This document shows, piece after piece, positions 60,779 through 64,000 of a DNA stretch of 64,000 nt. The notes beneath the pieces were generated by a model. The model did not search any database and was not told where the DNA came from. It was given only the letters and a program-made list of their open reading frames with translations. Each line of letters starts with the position of its first letter. Position 1 is the first letter of the stretch. The DNA comes from Bacteroidota bacterium (lineage in GTDB: Bacteria > Bacteroidota > Bacteroidia > AKYH767-A > OLB10), in the NCBI GenBank assembly GCA_016713525.1, contig JADJOZ010000007.1, positions 19,969 to 83,968 on the forward strand, read 5' to 3'. The translations under genes and the position numbers were made by a program.

Positions 60779-61170
60779 TCATTATTCAATAATTAATTCT
60801 TGTTATTTGATATTCAATAAAAGCACCATGAAGACAGGCAGAAATAGTGAAGAACCCAATTATGAGTTCTATCGCAGCTTCAAAATATTGAATAACAAAT
60901 ATTGAATATTACAAATTGAATAAGGAAATCGGGAGCGTGTAATTATTCAATTCTCACTTCTTGATAGTCAATATTCAATAAAAGTATGATGAAGGCAGGC
61001 AGAATTATAATTCAGCAGCAGAAATATTAATTTGTGTACTATAGCAGTTTCAAAATATTGAATAACAAATATTGAATATTACAAATTGAATAAGGAAATC
61101 GGGAGCAATATATTATTCAATTCTCACTTCTTGTTAGTCAATATTCACTAAAAGTATTTTGAGAACGAGA
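60779..61170. repeat. About 2.3 tandem copies of a ~165 bp AT-rich repeat unit
   Basis: Copies begin near 60779, 60939 and 61108. The shared core is ...attattcaat..cttg.ta..tattcaataaaag...atgaag.caggcagaa...cagcttcaaaatattgaataacaaatattgaatattacaaattgaataaggaaatcgggagc, and the 56 bp block is identical at 60881-60946 and 61050-61105. Confidence 0.8.
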
Positions 61171-62860
61171 AACCATTACCGTTCGCATCCACCGTTTCCA
61201 TATCCTCCTCACCCCGGCCCTCTCCAGCATAGGCATCCTCCTCCGTAGAACATTTAGGGCTGGAGGGAGAGACGCGGAGAAAAAAAATGGGGGGAAAAAA
61301 ATTTTGAAAGAAGCGGAAAAAAGGGGAAAAAAAAAAAAAAATTTCTCGCTAAATAGATGCACCATTCAATATTTATTTCTAGTTAACAAAATTCAAAAAA
61401 ACATCTTGAGAACGGGAACCCACCAAATTTAGCAACTACAAAATAAATCATAAGTGAAAAACGAAATTTCAATCAGCCCAAAGTCCCCAACTTTTAACTT
61501 TCAACTTTCAACTCAAGTGCAGTGACATCTTTTGACTAGGGAACACACATCACCACCTTTCGACAAGCTCAAGGCAAGAATTACCAAACCTCCACCTTCC
61601 GACAAGCTCAAGGCAAGAATCACCAAATCAAGTGCACTCACATTTTTCTACAGTGGAATAAAAAATCAGCACACCAGCACATTAGCAAATTAATCAATCA
61701 ATTAAAACCTTCTTCACCCACCGCCCCTCTCCCCTTCCCCCCTTTGGGGGGAGATTCTTCTCCCTTTTTTCCTATCAATCAAAAACCCCTCCCGCGTAAT
61801 TCTTTTTTTTTTTTTTTTGGCGGCGGCGGGCGTCCCCCCCCCCCCCATCAACCCCCAACCCCAACCCCGCCTCTTTTCTTTTTCATTATAAATTATATTC
61901 CTTTCCCCTCCCCCTTCGGGGGAGGGAGAAATGTTTTTAGGCGGCGTGCGGGATTTTGGGTTTTTGGCCCCCCCCCGCCGCCCACCCACGCGGGGCCCGC
62001 GCGGGGGGGGGGGGGGGGGGTTGGGGATGGGGGGGGGGGCCGAGGGGGGCTGTTTTACCGCCAAGGGCAAAGGCCCGGGGGGGGGTGGCGGGGGCGCCCC
62101 CCCTGGAGGCCCGGAGGTGGGTGGCCCCTGGGGATTTTTGTTGGAGGGATTAAGGTAGGGAGGAAGGTGAGGAAGTAGTGGCCAAAACTATTTCCCAAAC
62201 AAATTTTTAAATAATTTTTTTTTTCGGGTGCTAATTTTAAAACCCCCAAGGGGAAATTTTTGAAAGGGGTTTTTTCCACAGGGGGTTTTGGGTGGCCCGG
62301 GGGGGGGCCCGGGGGGGGAACTGAAAAGTTACTTGTCAAAGCATTAAGCCACATATAAATACCTTCCAATGGTGAACGCTGTCAAAAATTGATACACACC
62401 ATTGATATCCTGTGCTCAATTTACCGGTGGAAATGGCCAGGCATCGATCAAAATCATAAAGTTCAATCATAGAAAATTTTTTTTAAAAAAACCAAATTTT
62501 AGCCCCCTTTTTTTTTTCACCCCCCCCCCCCCCCCTGGTTGGGGGGGGGTCTATTTTTTTTTGGGGGGTGTGGGTTTCAATTTGGGTTTTTTTGTTAATT
62601 TAGTGTGGTTTTTTCCCAACCCCCCGGCGGGGGGGGGGGGGGGGTGGTGGGGGTTTTTTCTTCCATTGCCATGTTTGATGGCTGTAAGTCCATCCATAAT
62701 AACATCAACCAATGACACATTTTCTGCCCACTTCACCCAATCCTTATCACCGCTCAAGTCTTTTGGAATGCTTGTTTCCTTTGGTAACTCCACAACATTA
62801 ATCATCACACTGGACTTCCTGGACTAAGTAGCTCCACTCAGGGCAAGATCTCCCCGCATC
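61170..62860. other. Anomalous low-complexity segment: long G and C homopolymers (up to about 21 nt), T16 and A15 runs, stuttered doubled-base sequence. This is probably a low-quality or poly-G assembly artifact interleaved with short normal-looking stretches.
   Basis: Its composition is unlike the about 37 percent GC bulk. Examples are ggggggggggggggggggggg at about 62007-62030, ccccccccccccccc at about 61836-61850 and stuttered text such as ggccaaaactatttcccaaacaaattttt. Every ORF in the region translates to poly-G/P/F. Confidence 0.6.
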
Positions 62861-63222
62861 TTTTCCGCCAGCTGGGGGGCCAAGAACTTCTGTATAAACA
62901 GAACACTCATGTGCAGTCACATCTTACTAAAAACTGACCACTGTATGAATTGAAAAAGACCTCATTCTGACCAAAGCCACTTTAAACTTGCACTTTCAAC
63001 CCTCGAGGAGCGAGTATTTTTTTTTACTGAAAAATAAAATAAGCACACCAGCAAATCAGCACATTTAAAAGCAGCCACATCTTTTTACTAATCAACAATC
63101 ACCCATATACCTAACTATCAACACATTACAAATCCCCCAAGTAATATTTTCCAATTTTAGCTCCATTTCCTTTGCTACTCATAACTTTTCACTATTTTGC
63201 CTTCTCAAATTTGAGTTGACTT

Positions 63223-64000
63223 ATGGCAAGAAAACATCCAAAGGCACTCCCCTATCTGTTTCTTTCAGAAATGTGGGAGCGATTCGGTTTCTATTTAATG
63301 TTAGGGATCTTTTTCCTTTACATGACCGATACCCAAAAGGGCGGCATGGCACTCGACCGAAAAGAGGCCTCCGACATTTTCGGAACTTTCATCGCTTTGG
63401 TTTATTTAACACCATTTATTGGAGGACTGTTGGCCGATCGGGTTCTGGGATACAAGTTTTCAATTACGTTTGGCGGAATTTTAATGGGACTCGGTTATTG
63501 TGGTCTTGCGCTGCCTGGTATGACTGCCTTTTATACTTCCATGCTATTAATTATAGTTGGAAACGGATTCTTCAAACCCAATATCTCTACTATTCTTGGA
63601 AATGTTTATAATGATCCCCAATATAAAGATCTGAAGGATTCGGGTTATAATATATTCTACATGGGTATTAATATCGGAGCTTTTATCTGCAATTTCTTTG
63701 GTGCCTATTTGCGAAATGAATTCTCCTGGGGATATGCCTTTATGGCTGCCGGTATCGGGATGTTTGTAGGTGTTATTATTTTCTGGATCGGTGCTAAACA
63801 TTATGCGCATGCTGATGTCCGCAAGCCTGTTAATCCCGAAGATATGTCTCTTTCCAAAATATTTGGAATTGTACTCTTGCCAGCAGTCCTTGCCGGATAT
63901 ATTGGCTGGATATTACCCGGAAATATTTTTGGAAGCGACAGTACCGATGCCTTTATTTTAGGAGCACTTCCTGTGGCAGGTTTCTATGTTTCGTTATTGG
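63223..64000 (+). CDS. Proton-dependent oligopeptide transporter (POT/PTR2, DtpT-like), 5' part; continues beyond the window
   Basis: MARKHPKALPYLFLSEMWERFGFYLMLGIFFLYM (POT signature ExxERFxYYG), GGLLADRVLG, IVGNGFFKPNIS. The frame is open to the window end and is not in the ORF track because it has no stop. Confidence 0.8.
   Translation, partial: MARKHPKALPYLFLSEMWERFGFYLMLGIFFLYMTDTQKGGMALDRKEASDIFGTFIALVYLTPFIGGLLADRVLGYKFSITFGGILMGLGYCGLALPGMTAFYTSMLLIIVGNGFFKPNISTILGNVYNDPQYKDLKDSGYNIFYMGINIGAFICNFFGAYLRNEFSWGYAFMAAGIGMFVGVIIFWIGAKHYAHADVRKPVNPEDMSLSKIFGIVLLPAVLAGYIGWILPGNIFGSDSTDAFILGALPVAGFYVSLL

Noticed and set aside
60723-60905. 60 aa ORF inside the tandem repeat
   Set aside because: It lies within repeated AT-rich DNA, has no RBS or promoter context, and similar frames are broken in the other repeat copies.
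60779-61627. Possibility that the repeats form a CRISPR array
   Set aside because: The repeat units are about 165 bp and contiguous with no unique spacers of CRISPR size. The 35 bp duplication at 61556-61627 is just two adjacent copies. No cas genes are nearby.
61138-62827. ORFs translating to poly-Gly/Pro/Phe (61714..62070, 61744..62178, 62055..62369, 62402..62827 and others)
   Set aside because: These are products of homopolymer G/C/T runs in a probable artifact region. They have no start context, signal or domain. Only the short clean stretches at 62340-62470 and 62650-62830 look protein-like, and they are reported as a finding, not as genes.

Overview
This window looks like a chromosomal segment of an AT-rich Bacteroidota genome. 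The evidence is several proteins ending in T9SS C-terminal sorting domains of type A, one protein ending in a CHU_C (type B) domain, and TAnnTTTG-like -7 promoter elements.

Gene content, in order:
- A ~1950 aa adhesin with about 19 PKD domains.
- A CDP-hexose cluster: rfbF, rfbG, a C-methyltransferase, an epimerase/reductase, a split transketolase, an O-methyltransferase and a GT2. Two paralogous Kelch-like T9SS cargo proteins flank it.
- A PKD/CHU_C surface protein.
- A second glycan module on the minus strand: AsnB-like amidotransferase, LpxD-like acyltransferase, PIG-L deacetylase, WecB, GT4 and YfhO.
- Housekeeping genes: carB, rpmH, rsmG, an ECF sigma factor, tgt, lptF/G, CDGSH/OsmC redox proteins, a TonB-dependent receptor-like protein and a ~1320 aa T9SS cargo protein.
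- A MacAB-like efflux system with duplicated permeases, several hydrolases, tag, and the 5' end of a POT peptide transporter.

Two technical points dominate interpretation. First, at least 15 genes are split by single frameshifts, most at A/T/G homopolymers and one by an in-frame TAA. This implies indel-prone sequence, or less likely real decay. The ORF track therefore fragments genes, and I merged fragments where the protein sequence continues across frames. Second, the 2.5 kb non-coding stretch 60.7-63.2 kb contains about 2.3 copies of a ~165 bp tandem repeat, G-depleted A/C-rich blocks, a 35 bp tandem duplication and UUCG-type hairpins. It also contains roughly 1.7 kb of stuttered poly-G/poly-C sequence that is most likely assembly artifact, though it embeds protein-like fragments.

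Nothing here can be called a new defence system or similar. The most biologically interesting candidates are the transketolase-containing branched-sugar cluster, the deacetylase plus N-acyltransferase glycan-remodelling module, and the repeat-rich region upstream of the POT transporter.
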